The notes under the pieces are model-generated. The model was given only the letters and a program-made list of their open reading frames with translations, did not search any database and was not told the origin of the DNA. From the human T2T-CHM13v2.0 reference genome, Homo sapiens, in NCBI RefSeq assembly GCF_009914755.1, contig NC_060940.1: 64,000 bases of DNA, one strand, 5' to 3'. Position numbers and translations under genes: made by a program. The stretch's first letter is position 1. Every line of letters starts with the position of its first letter. Of the stretch, positions 11,640 through 26,572 are shown one piece after another.

Positions 11640-14094
11640 TTACTGATGATATTTACAATAACAGCTTCTGCCAGTAATAGAGACTACCAATAACCAATGC
11701 TATTTATTAAATACTAACAGTGTGTATATATATATATGCATGCTGGCTAGTGTCACGCCCTCACAAAGTGGACATTATTATCTTACAGATAAAAACACTA
11801 ATGCTTGGAGAGTTTCATTGTTTGCCACAGGGTGCCCAGGTAAAACCATGGCAGAACTGGAGACAATCCAGGCAGCCTGGCTCCAAAACCTTGCAGTTGG
11901 CCAGCACACTCTCTGCCCAGAGCCCAGCCCACGCTCTGATCACAGAAAGTGTGTGGGAGATGAGTAGAAGCAGGAGAAAAAAAAAAAAAAAGTAAAATGT
12001 AGGCTAAGGGGTTGTCCTGTAAGAATTTAGGAATCCCTAAGAAGGAGAACTAGAGGATCAAGGGAAAAAGGCCAAGTCCAGTAAGTCCCTCCAAACGTCA
12101 AGTGGGGACATCTCAGTAGAGTATACCCCTACAACTGATCTGCCAAGATGTTCCACAATACAAAAAGGATTCTGTTGGCAAAAACAATGCCCACCCCTGC
12201 CTGTCTTGAAGATTCAAAATGCACAGTAGATGATAGATGATGGATATTCTAAGATTTGTTGTAGCAAGAGGCTGGTTGTGTGCTTAACTCTTCCTTTCTA
12301 ATTTGCTTTTGACCACAGCACCCTTTTTATTATGCAAAACCTATTAACATCTACTGAAAGGCACTCAGCATTTGAGGGAGGGGACTAGCAGGCTGCAGAG
12401 GAGGGTGCTAAGTTCTGTGCTGAGGAAGGTGGTTGGTTGTGGAAGATGTAGTGGTCACAAATGAGAAGAGTGGACAGTGGGTACAGGGTAGGGATGATGA
12501 GACCTGGAATTGATGACCTCAGCAGAGAAGGGGAGGAAGGATAAGAAGCAAATATCAGTGACATATGTGTAAGTTAAAAAGATGGAGGTAGAGCTAGTTT
12601 CCAAGATGGCTTAAAAATACACATGGGTGCCGGTTTGACCTCAAAATAGAAATTAGAGACCTAGAATTCAGGAGAGAAGGCAGAACTAGCAAATGGAGAC
12701 TCTAGGTCACCTTACCTCTCCTTTTCTTGGAGGAATGGTGGAAAGAGAAGAACAACTGAAAGGCTTCAGCACAATCGCTCTGTAGGACCCAGGAGAGAGA
12801 AGAGTAGCCTGGAATCAACAGTGGTGGGAGAGGCTGGAGGGCCTCAGGAAATTCAAGGCAAAAGAGTAGTTAGCTCTAATGACCATTCTTTAAAAGTAGA
12901 AAAAATGAAAGTGGAGATGTGCATTGTTTGTGGAAAGATAGAACCTTCCTCAGTCAGAAAGCATTTTGCCATTAGCAGCAGGCAGTGATGCTGACAATTT
13001 GCAGTTGGTGGCCAGGTTTTAAACAGTAGTTTGGGCAAGAAAGGGTATCCAGCAAATCAATTTGCAATAGCTGATCCCTGTCATTAAGGGAGTCAATTCT
13101 TGATACTGTAAGTGAATAACCAAGTGCTGCTCTGGTACAATTGAGGTATGAAATACCAGACCTGACTATTTTATGTAAATCTCTAACATGGTGTTTAAGC
13201 AGGACAGAGCAGCGGGGAGGAAGGGGCTTAAGCAGAAATGGGCTTTGAGGACCTCTCGGCCCAGACAGGAAGAGTAATTGGGCTAAGATGAGAGAGGGGC
13301 AAAACTCAGCACATCTCCAAAGCCATCCAAGGTTGCGGACAATTAACCTCTTGATTCCTCCCTCCTTTCCTTCCAAGATCAGATTTTTATCGTCTCAGAA
13401 ACATATGAACTTCAAGAAAATGTGAGGAACACAGACTTTCTGAGCCAGCTTCCATTGACATGCCATTTGATTAATTTATGTGGTTGGGACAGCAGTTCAG
13501 AGGGAATATAGATTGTGCTCTTACCTGCCCCATTTCCATATTTAATATATTCAGGCATGGTTATGATAGAGCATCTCATGTTTACACTAACTTTGTGTCT
13601 TTTGAAGTTCACTTTTAACTTTGTGTTGATAAAATACTATTTTCTAATTCAGATTTTTCAAAAAATGCCCGTTGGGCATCAAGTAGCTTTTACAGAATGA
13701 GGTGTTCTTAGCATTATTATGAAGCAAGGACAAGTGTATTACCGCCATTCACGGAGACATTTTTGCAGTGTTGCAAATCTCCCAAATGTTTCAAAAAATT
13801 ACAGCGGTTGCCTGTTGCACCTCACAATTAGCTGCCTAAGATTCTAGGAGAGAAGCAGTTGGATTTTATATGTGAAAATGCCTCTATTTGCTGCATTTTT
13901 ACTTTTTGAGAAGTTGCAAGTTACATGAAAATAAACATACTATATAAGAAAACACGGCAGATTTCTCCTGGTGTTTTAATAATTCCACGAAGGTTTATGA
14001 ATATTGGCAAACGTATTTGCAGTGGTACTTCCCTGCTATTTACTTTGTAGACTTTGAGTCTTAGATTCTTGTCTGTAAGTGAAATGTAGTATTA

Positions 14095-14497
<403 letters not shown>

Positions 14498-14664
14498 CTA
14501 TGTTCCACGTTATCAAGACCCTTTCTCTCTTTTCCCAAAGCTCTCGTATCAATTCCATTTAAGCCAAATCTCATTATTTCATTGCTTTTTTTTTTAATTA
14601 TCCTATTTTTAAAATTATTCTCCCTCCTTCTGGTTTCCATTTTCAAATAGTTCAACTGGATAGA

Positions 14665-15120
14665 CATAATAGCAAAGGCATAGAATCAACCTAGGTGCCC
14701 AGCAGTGGTGGACTGGATTGAAAAAAAACGTGGTACATATGTATCATGGAATACCATGCAGCCATAAAAAAATAAAATCACAAGCTTTGCAGCAACATGG
14801 ATGCAGCCAGGGGCTATTATCCTAAGCGAATTAATGCAGGAACAGAAAACCAAATACCACATGTTCTCACTTATAAGTGGGACCTAAACAGTGAATACTC
14901 ACGGACATAAAGATGGCAACAATAGACAATGGGGACTACTAGAGTGGGGAGGGAAAGAGGGGTATGAGGGTTGAAAAACTACTAGATGCTGTGCTAGCTA
15001 GGTGACAGGACCAATGATACTCAAACCTCAGCGCCACACAATATACCTAGGTAACAAACCTGCACTTGTACCCGCTGAATCTAAAACGAAAGTTGAAATT
15101 ATAAAATAAATAAATAAATG
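14665..15120 (+). mobile_element. L1 (old L1PA/L1PB-type) 3' end
   Basis: ATAGCAAAG..ATAGAATCAACCTAGGTGCCC...ATGTTCTCACTTATAAGTGGGA...GTAACAAACCTGCAC.TGTACCC..TGAATCTAAAA plus AATA-rich tail. Confidence 0.88.
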
Positions 15121-15966
15121 TGGTGCTTATTTTTAAAATAAATGAACAAAAAAACCCCAAAGAGCTTAGCTAGGTGTTAAGTACCATCCAATGGACGGTG
15201 CCATCCATTATATAATATAGATATTTACACACACACTCAAACACGCATACATGTATGTATGTGTATATATATACACACACATATATTTACGACTGTAGCC
15301 TTCTTTCCAGCAGAAGCAGTTTGCCAAATGCCTCTGCCCTTCCTTAGCCCAAATGCTAATAGTAGCTATTTCATGAATAGATACAGAATGACAGAGTCAA
15401 CTTTACCTAACTTCTCCAAAATGCCGACTCCAGTATTCCATTTTCAAATTAACTTATTCTGATTATAAAAGTAATGTTCAGTATTGTTAGTAAAATAAAT
15501 TTTAAAAAAAACGAACTTGTAATTTCCCCACTCAGAGATAGCTTCTGATAACATATTGGTGCTTTTACTTCTATTTTTTTCTATCCATATGAGTATAATT
15601 AAATACATATTCACATCTATATCTATACTCATTCATATATATTCATATGTAAGATTAAACTATATGTTCAAATTGTATTCTGCTTTTTAAAATCACACTT
15701 TATTTTCTGGGAATGTTCTCTTCATAAAGTTCTTCCAAACCATGATATTTAATGTCCACATAAGAAAACATCTCATGGACTCTCAATTTATTGAAACTTT
15801 TCCCTAGTTTTGGTTATTCTGTTTCCCACCAGTCATTAATTACTTTAAACAATTCTGTGAGGACCATTCAGGTACACAGACGTGGGTCCACAGTTATCTA
15901 TTTTCTTAGCCTCAGTGCTTGGAAGTTGAAATTTGTATTGAATAACTAAATTCCTTTGACAATTAA

Positions 15967-16367
<401 letters not shown>

Positions 16368-17908
16368 AAGCTTTCTTAAATGGGCCACTTTGATTGATGA
16401 AAATGATAAGGTACTGTGGCCTTTTTTTTTGCCATTTAAAAAACAGTGGTAAGGTTTTTTTTTTGTTTCTCCATGTCTTGGGAAGCAGCTGCCTGTTCAA
16501 GCCCTCTTTCCTTTTCCTATTTGGGTGTTAATGGCTTCCCTATTGATTCATAAAGGCCCACTACTTATTGTGGATATTAATCTCTTGCCTGTCATATGTT
16601 TGTTGCCTTTCTTTTATGCCAGCTAGTTATTTGAATTAATTGGATTTGATGTTTTGAAATACTGAATTTTTAAATCTTTAGACAGATACAATACCATTTT
16701 TTCCTTATGCGTATTCTCTTGTTTATACAATTAACAATCTTGGCCTGTTCCAAAATCAAAGTCACATGAATACATATATTTTTCTAAGTTTTTATGGCTT
16801 CATATTCACATCTGATTCTTCAGTCCCTCTAGATCTTACTTTCGATGTATGGTTTAATGTGAAGTCCCATTTCAAGTTTTTACCCTTCAAATTAATTTTC
16901 CTTCCAAATGTTATTTTATTTTATTTTAAATACCCATTCTTTTTCTGGTTTTGTCACATAGCTTTCATGTGATGTTAAGCTCTAATACATACAACAATTT
17001 ACTTTGGGACCATCTCATATATTAAATTTTGCAAAAATGCCATACTGTTCCAACACTCATAGTTTTATAATGTGTCTTAACACATGACAATAAACCCTTC
17101 TAAAATACACACAGGTTTCAGAACTGCCTTAATTATTTTTTGCTTTGATTTTTCCTCTAGAAAAAAAATGTGATCATTTTCTCAGACTCCCACCCTACTT
17201 GTTTTCTCAAAGCTACTGTCACACTCTGGATGTACAAGGTCAGGGGTGGTGAGAGATCAGGGTGTTTAGGAGTGTTTGCTTGACTGATGGAGACACAGGG
17301 TTCCCAAACTGGAAGATGACAACATAGGAGAAGCTTCCAGTTTTCCAGTCAAAGATACTATGTTTCATGAGGCAAAGCGTGAGAAACTCACCAATACAAT
17401 TTCCCCCAATTCCACTCTATCAGCCTTTGAGATTTTCCGGACAGCTATCTGTCAGTCTTAGTACTTAAAATTGTTGGAAGTTTGAACACAATTCTTCAAA
17501 GATATTTTAGTGAGGAACAAGAGATTTTGCTTTGGAAGATCCTGAACAGATTTCCTTACAAAAAGTATTTCTAAGCACCCATCCCTATAATATATCTAAA
17601 TGTTAAATGCTTATTGATGGAGTAAAATGGAAAGTCCAAGAGTCGTAACATTATCTGGTAACAGTGTGGATGAGAGGTATGGGAGATGTAGGCATGTGCA
17701 TGTTTCCTGATTTGACCAAACTTTTCAACATGAGTGACCCTTCTAACTAGTTTTCCAAAAATAGAGAGAAGAGATCCAGCATCAATGAAAATGACAAAAT
17801 TGACAAAGTTTTGCCTTGGCCCTCTTCCATCGTCGCTATCCTCTTCTCCTCTACTCAACCTCCCCATCAGTCTTTTTACCCGCCCGCCTCCTTTTTTTTG
17901 AGGGAAGC

Positions 17909-18347
17909 TGTATTAGGCCATTCTCACATGGCTATAAAGAAATACCTGAGACTGGGTAATTTATAAAGAGAAGAGGTTTAATTCGCTCGTGGTTCTGCAG
18001 GCTGTGCAGGAAGCATGGTGGCTTCTGCCTCTGGGGAGGCCTTAGGAAACTTATAGTCATGGTGGAAGGCAAAGGGGAAGCAGGCACTTCTTCCTGGCAG
18101 AACATGGCAGAAAAGGGGCATGGCGGAAACAGGGCAAGAGAATGGGGTGGGGAAGTACTACACACTTTTAAAGGACCAGATCTTGTGAGAACTCTATCAT
18201 GAGAACAGCACCAAAGGGATGGTCCTAAACCATTCATGGAGGATGCACCCCCATGATCCAGTCACCTGCCACCAGGCCCCACCTCCAACATGGGGGATTA
18301 CAGTTGAACATGAGATTTGGGTGAGGACACAGATCCAAACCATATCA
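17909..18347 (-). mobile_element. MSTB solo LTR
   Basis: TGTATTAGGCCATTCTC...GATCCAAACCATATCA; TSD GAAGC/AAAGC. Confidence 0.9.
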
Positions 18348-18878
18348 AAAGCTTTTCTAATTAGGTTACTCATTCTATGAAAATAGACTGCCCATAAATA
18401 ATCTTTGTTTTTCAGATGAAGATTTGGCAAGTTCTGTGCCTAGCACGATGGCTGACATGAGATAAGTGCACAGGAAATTTTGAAATATCTGTGTCTCTAT
18501 CTTCATTTCCTTGTTTGTGTCTCCAATTTCCTATATGCCATCAGGGGATTTAGTGACACTGCAAATAGCATGCTCTTTGGCAGGCACGCCTCTCCCATTT
18601 CCCCAGAACCTCTTCGTCTTTCTGAGGCATGGAGTCCCAAGCTGTATGTTTTCAGGTAGTATTGTAGGAAGATTAACAGTTTCCTGACATCTTTCTTGCA
18701 AAGGCATGAATACCTCCACCGGTGCAGATCAACATAAGAAATTTAATGTTTACCTTGCCATTTTATAATGCTATCAACTTTCTCAAAATCTGTCCCTCTG
18801 CACTCTGTTATTTAAGATTTATTGTCATCCTGCATGGTGAGATAGCTGGTGGACATTAGCCCCATTCTCAGGGGTAGC

Positions 18879-19657
<779 letters not shown>

Positions 19658-20388
19658 GTAGATAAAAACAAAAAACAAACAATAAAAAAAGAAAACAAAG
19701 AAGGCTAAATAGCTTCCTTCTGAATGTGGATCGTTTCATCAGAGGATTTGATCTACTGAACCTTCTACTGCACTAAAAATTCTCATTTCATCAAGTATAA
19801 TGAACTGAAGTCAAAGGGATTTATTTGATGCTGAACCAAGCCAACACTCTCCCCACCCCACCTTAGTCTACCGTTAACGTGTCCGAAATTGCATGCGTTG
19901 TTTTGCTTGGATGTTACTAGCCCTTGCTGGGAAAGGTACTTGGCACTAATGTGACTATTTAAACTAATATTCACAAAGCAGTTACCCTGTGCCAGGCTTA
20001 TATGGATTCATGTAATTCTCACATTAATTCTGTGAGACTGGTGCCATGACTATGCCACTTACATATGTCCAGCCAGAATCTCTAGTTATAACTTGTTCCT
20101 GGTCATACACTCTGCTGGTTGTGAATCCAGCGTTTGAACTCAGGCAGTCTGACCCTGGGGGTGACATTTAAACTACTTTATTGCTGGGTTCTATGTTCTC
20201 AAAAGTTTAGAAGGTATTTGTTAAAGAGAATTGGAATATTTGCTATGGAACTTGTCAGAGCTTTTAAATATGCTATTATCTTAGGGAATCTCTGAGAGTG
20301 TGGTAAAGTAAGCAGCATTTCTAGCACATAGTTAACCGTGGGTCTCTTTTTATTAAGGCAAGATCTCTTGGGACTGGTGTTTCTTGAA

Positions 20389-20576
20389 TAGACTTGCCAG
20401 ACAAAATACAAGACCCCATTATGAAATTTCAGATAAACAATGACTAGTGTTTTAGAATAAGCACATCCCAACTATTGCACTGGACATATTAATACTAAAG
20501 AATTTGTGTTTGTTTATCTGAAATTCTAATTTTACTAGGGCGTTCTGTATTTTTATTTGCAAAATTTGGCAAACTA
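20389..20576. mobile_element. MER53 palindromic hAT MITE
   Basis: TTGCCAGACAAAATACAAGAC...TTTCAGATAAACAA...TTGTTTATCTGAAATT...CTGTATTTTTATTTGC..AATTTGGCAA; long internal inverted repeat. Confidence 0.85.
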
Positions 20577-21460
20577 TATGAAAGATGCTTCGAAAACTAT
20601 AGAGAACACAGCCAAAGATCCCTGCCTCTCCCAATCTTCTGGGCCTCTTTCTTTAGGAAACAAACATAAACCTGCCCAAACTGAGGTTGTACCCTTTTTA
20701 CCTGCCCTGTTACCTTCCTAGCATCCATCTTGCTGTCCTTCATTCTGCCACCCTGGGGTTCCTATCAAACTCTGCTTCCTGTCTCTTATGACTTAGAACA
20801 TGCCATCCCAGACCCAGGGAACAGAACAGGCATATCCCTGGTTATTTCAAAGCCAGTATCACACCAGCATGTAGAGATATGACCAGACAATAACAATCCT
20901 CCTCCAGTTATCACTCGAGGGAAAGGAGAGGGACTTATGGGGAACAGATGCAGATAAAACCCAAATCTGATGCCTTGAGGCTGGTCAGTATGAAGTCTGT
21001 CCTGTGGTATCCCTCTGCAACATTTCCATTTCAGGGGAGTTGAGGGCTTATCAAGCTTAGGAAGCAATGTGTACTGAAAAGGATGAGGTCAGTTCGGGGT
21101 CTGTCAAATCAATTGAACATATCTTGAACCCTGAATTCTATCATCAATCTCACTTTACAATCCATCCCTTCCAATTAATGCTGCATATAATAACACCACT
21201 CAATGATGTTCATACATCCCATCTTCTTACTTGGCACTATCTTTTTTTTCTTTTTAAGAGATTAATTTGTCTTTCCAATATATTCAAGTTATCTTGACCA
21301 ATGTTTCAGAGTTACTTAGAGCTTTATGGATTGCAGCAAGACCGAAGCAAATGACCACTCATAATTCAGAATATTTCTGAGCCAGAATAAAGTTTACACT
21401 TCATGACCATAAAGAGGACCCTTTATGCTTGTATGTAGAAGCTCAATTCAGGTTCCAAAC

Positions 21461-22063
21461 CTGCACTGTCCAGTTAGGTAGCCACTAGCCACCTGTGGTT
21501 ACTTAAATTTACCCTTAAGCTAATTAAAATAAAGTTAAAACTTTAGTTTACGAGCCATATGTATTAGTCTGTTTTCACACTTCTATAAAGACATACCTGA
21601 GATTAGGTAATATATAAAGAAAAAAGGTTTCCTTGACTCACATTTCTACATGGTTGGGGAGGCCTTAGGAAACTTAACAATCATGGCAGAATGTGAAGGA
21701 GAAACAAGGCACATCTTATCACAGTAAAGCAGGAGAGAGAGAGAAAAAGAGCCAAGGAGAACTGCCAAACACTTTTAAACCATCAGATGTTGTGTGAACT
21801 CACTCACTATCATGAGAACAGCTTGGGGGAACTGCCCCCATGATCCAGTCCTCTCCAACCAGGTCCCTCCCCTGACACATGGGGATTAAAATTTGAGGTG
21901 AGATTTGGGTGGGGACACAGAGCCAAACCATATCACCATGCTAGCCACATTTCAAATCATCAGCTACGTATCGCTGGTGGCTATTATATGCAGTACATAC
22001 ATACTGCACAGTGTAGATATGAAACGTTTCCATCATCATAGAAAGCTCTCTTGGACAGCCCTA
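21461..22063 (-). mobile_element. MER3 hAT MITE split by a THE1 LTR
   Basis: CTGCACTGTCCAG..GGTAGCCACTAGCCAC on the left; CTAGCCACATTTCAA...TTTCCATCATCATAGAAAG..CTTGGACAG on the right. Confidence 0.8.
21560..21935 (-). mobile_element. THE1D solo LTR
   Basis: TGTATTAGTCTGTTTTCAC...GAGCCAAACCATATCA, 376 bp; TSD CCATA/CCATG. Confidence 0.88.
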
Positions 22064-22715
22064 TTCTAGATGCTTTATTCTCAAACATGCCACAGGATAA
22101 CACATAAGATATTGGCATGGATACCATTCTATTTGGTTTGGGACAGAAGAAATAAGGAAAAATGTTTCTGAAACAGGGAGTCCATTTTAGATTATTTTAT
22201 ATGAAGTTATCAATAGTTTATTAATATATTGATTAAAAGATGACAAGTTCTCAACCCCCACGATAGCCCACTGGTGAAGACAGAACCATGCAGACACTAT
22301 TAATTCGGCTCTGTTTCTTTTTCTAATGAGCCAGTGTGGAGACTGGGGAAGAGGAAGGGATTGTTTGGAAAGATCAGAGCATCCAGGAGAAACTGTATGG
22401 GGATGGGGGCACCACTGACTGAATCAGAGCCTCCAGTTTGCTTTGGGTGACCACAGAGGGACTGAACAAACCCCTGTGTTGTCAGTCCTTAGTTTTGAGA
22501 ATAGCCTTGACCAGCACACTTGTTCACTGAGGAAGGATACGAAAATGCAGATAAGTTAAAACAAACAAACAAACACCGTCATTCTTACTCTGGCAGCCAG
22601 ATGAGTCACCAACACATTAAATTCTTTATAGATCTCTATACCTTCCTTTATGTAAATGTGTATAATATGCTCACAAAAATAAGATCATAATATACATACT
22701 GTTTTTTCAACCTGC

Positions 22716-23056
<341 letters not shown>

Positions 23057-23123
23057 TAAATTAATATGCTTCAACACATTTCCAAGCCAAAATGACTTGT
23101 AAAACGTTGTACTTAAAGATTGT

Positions 23124-23428
23124 GGCTACGCTTGGTGGCTCACGCCTGTAATCCCAGCACTTTGGGAGGCTGAGGCAGGCAGACCACGAGGTCAGGAGTT
23201 CGAGACCAGCCTGGGCAACATGGTGAAACCCTGTCTCTTCTAAAAATACAAAAATTAGCCTGGCGTGGTGGCAGGTGCCTGTAATCCCAGCTACTCAGGA
23301 GGCTGAGGCAGGAGAATTGCTTGAACCTGGGAGGCGGGGGTTGCAATGAGCCCAGATTGCATCACTGCACTCCAGCCTGGGTGACAGAGCAAGAATCCAG
23401 CTAGAGAAAAAAAAAAAAAAAAAAAAAA
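23124..23428 (+). mobile_element. AluS (Sg-like)
   Basis: CACGAGGTCAGGAGTTCGAGACCAGCC; long A-tail. Confidence 0.95.
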
Positions 23429-23883
23429 GTCCTTGTGCATTAATCTGTTCTATAGGTGTTTTTAGTGGAACATTTAGTGGGGGTCCAGTTCATCCCCAAT
23501 TATAAATATAATTCCACTGAGCATCCTCAACTTTGTGCACATTCCTAATAATCTGCAAGGAATACATTTATGGAAGGAGAATTACTGTCTTAAAAGGGGG
23601 TTGGGGTGGGTATATATTATTAAAGTTTGCGATAAAAGTCTTTAGTTGCTTGATGAAATGGAGGCAGAAGTTTAATCCCTAAGGACCCTTCTAATTCCAA
23701 AGTTGTCTGAGTGCCGGATTGTAGCTCTGTTGAGCCTGGGTCTTAAGTCTGAGAGAGCCCTTAGTTACCTTCCTCTCCCATCAGCCTGAGCCAGAGTTAG
23801 CCTGAGGTCCCAAACTATGAGCAGGAGAATGTCACCCTAGGAATGGCAACTAGAAAGTTTTTACCCCGGATGCCATGATGAGG

Positions 23884-24073
23884 CACTGCCATCCACTGGA
23901 GCTTGCTGTGATTATGGAAATGTTCTCTATCTGCACATCCAGTATGATAAGCACTGACCACATCTGGCTGCTGAGGACTTGAGATGTGGCTGGTGTGACC
24001 GAATAACTGGGATTTTAAATCTTATTTAATTTTAATAGCCACATGTGGCTAGTGGCTAACATTTTAGACAGCT
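23884..24073 (+). mobile_element. MER3
   Basis: ATGGAAATGTTCTCTATCTGC...ATAGCCACATGTGGCTAGTGGCTA..TTTAGACAG. Confidence 0.8.
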
Positions 24074-24689
24074 GTTCTAAGAGCATACCTCTGAGACTCA
24101 AATACTCAGATCTTTGCCACATTGTTTTATCTTAAATATGACAATTGATAACATTGCTCATGCTCAGCTGCTTGCTTCAAATGACATTTATTTCCCTCGC
24201 TAGTTCTTCAAAGGTAGGGACTAATCACCAAATCTCCAATGATAGTCTGATGCCATCCCCAGGTCTGCTACAGCACAAAGGGGACCCTCAATGAATAAGC
24301 ATGTCAACATCAATCACTTTCCTCAAAGTTTAACTCAGCTATGATAGATCATGGCATATCCGCAAGCCAAGCTACTCATCCAAAATATGGAGATCTTGTA
24401 AGTTGGAGATTGTGATGATAATAGTACCTGTCCCTTAGTATTGTTGTGAGGATTAAATATAAGAAGAGCACTTAATATTAGTGCCTAGTGCAGGGTGAGT
24501 CTCCAGTGAATGGGGACCATTACTCTTGCCTCCAACATTGTAGCAAGGTCCCCTCCACATAGGGATAAGCCTGTCAAGACCCACGCCTGTTACTCAAAAT
24601 CTCTTTTAGGGTTATTTAAATACGTGGTCAAGTATTGCATTAGGAGAAATGGCTTAAGAACAAGAGAATGTCAAACCAAATTGAGTTCC

Positions 24690-24890
24690 CCTTATTGTGT
24701 GCTCTCATGAAGCACTTACCACAATGATAATTATTTGCAGTAGTATTACCTAATACCTGCTTTTCCCACCATGCTATAAACACACCAGAGCAAGACTGTT
24801 TATCTTGTTCACTGATGTATTCCCAGTGCTAAACATATAGTAGGTGTTTAATAAATCCTGAATGATAGATTGAGGATGAGTGGGTAGTAG
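24690..24890 (+). mobile_element. L2 3' end
   Basis: TCTTGTTCACTGATGTATTCCCAGTGCT...TAGTAGGTG.TTAATAAAT..TGAATGA. Confidence 0.7.
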
Positions 24891-25053
24891 ATGGGCAGGA
24901 ATAAAGGAGCTACGGGAAACCCTAGCATAGAAAAAAATAGTACCAGAACCCCTGAAATCTAGTCCTGTTTAGGTTCACAGCTAACTATCGGTCCACTGAA
25001 AAGCCCTGGTTTTGGCTTCTCTGTTTTATAAAGTGAAAAAGGTTGATCCAGAT

Positions 25054-25269
25054 TAGGGTTTTTCAGCCTCAGAACTATAGACATTTGGGGCAGATAATTA
25101 TGTTGTGGGAGGCCGTCCTGTGCTTATAAAAGGATGTTTAATGCACCTGTGGCTGTACCCATTAGCTACCAGCAGCCCTCCTCCGCCAGCTGCGACAACT
25201 AAAAATGTCTCCAGAAAAATGTTCCAAGCAGGGAAAACTCCCCCGCCGCACCCCAGTTGAGAACCACTG
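25054..25269 (+). mobile_element. MER20 hAT element nested in a MIR3-like SINE
   Basis: TCAGCCTCAG.ACTATAGACATTTGGGGCAGATAATT...AAAAATGTCTCCAGA...GTTGAGAACCACTG; 8-bp TSD ATCCAGAT/ATTTAGAT. Confidence 0.88.
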
Positions 25270-26245
25270 ATTTAGATCCTGTCTGAAGTCCCCTCTGGCA
25301 CTGATAGTCTAAGATTCTTCTTGGGACCATAATTTCTGAACATGTGAATTTTCTGACATTTCATAGATGGTTATAGAATTATAAGAATATTTCCAGCTAC
25401 TCACGCAAATAACTCAGACCTGATTATCAATTTAATATTTGGATCAGTGGGCCATTAAAATGCTGATTTGAAATTCAATTTTCCATTTTTAAAAATGATC
25501 ACTTTGTGAATTCTGTTAGCTGGTTGATTTTATTTAAATGGAGTGTGTAATTTTTCCCGCTCTGTGTTCATGAATAACGCTTTATAGTTGAATGTCAGAA
25601 TGCCTGCTAATGACCCTAACAATCATAGCTTATTTCTAGAGAATCCATACAGTCATTGAGGCTTTGTTTTTTTTCATCTTCCACTCGTTTCCTTGGAATA
25701 AGACCTTTAATTAATGCTCATTAAGATGCACAAATAGCCTGGCCTTGAATCCTCCCAGTGTTTGGTTCACTCTCCCCTAACTTATTAAAGTTGCTTCTGG
25801 AAGTTACATAGAGACGTGCAGTTAATTCCTGGAACAGTGTGTTTGTGCTTCTCATTATGCAAAAAATATACACCTTGGTCAAAAAGGAGGTATATTTTTA
25901 CACAACTATTTGTTCATAGGACATGTATGCATTAAGCCTCAACAAATGCGCCACCCTATTGGCAATTATGGAATTCGAGTCTCACATCAGAGCAAATGTG
26001 GTGGTGGCCTAGTAGGACTTTCAATCCCCTTCCTTGGAAAACTGCCTTAGTAAGGAGTTCAGGGATTCCAGGAAATACAGGAAAGCCTTTGGGATGTGTA
26101 GTCCCATTCATATGAAATCCACATTTCCCAGAAGACCACAGAACTTTTGTGTTCCATGCAGTGTCCCTAGCACTACAAGCTATTATCTCCTTAAATCTCT
26201 CAACCCTATCAGGCACATGCTAACAGGACCATGATTTTACTATCA

Positions 26246-26572
<327 letters not shown>

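Noticed and set aside
12140-12370. Possible hAT/Charlie remnant (similar sequence at ~20200-20385)
   Set aside because: Too degenerate to assign a family or boundaries without a profile search.
12972-13376. 134-aa ORF on - strand
   Set aside because: Non-ATG start, no recognisable homology or convincing splice structure; the length is plausible by chance.
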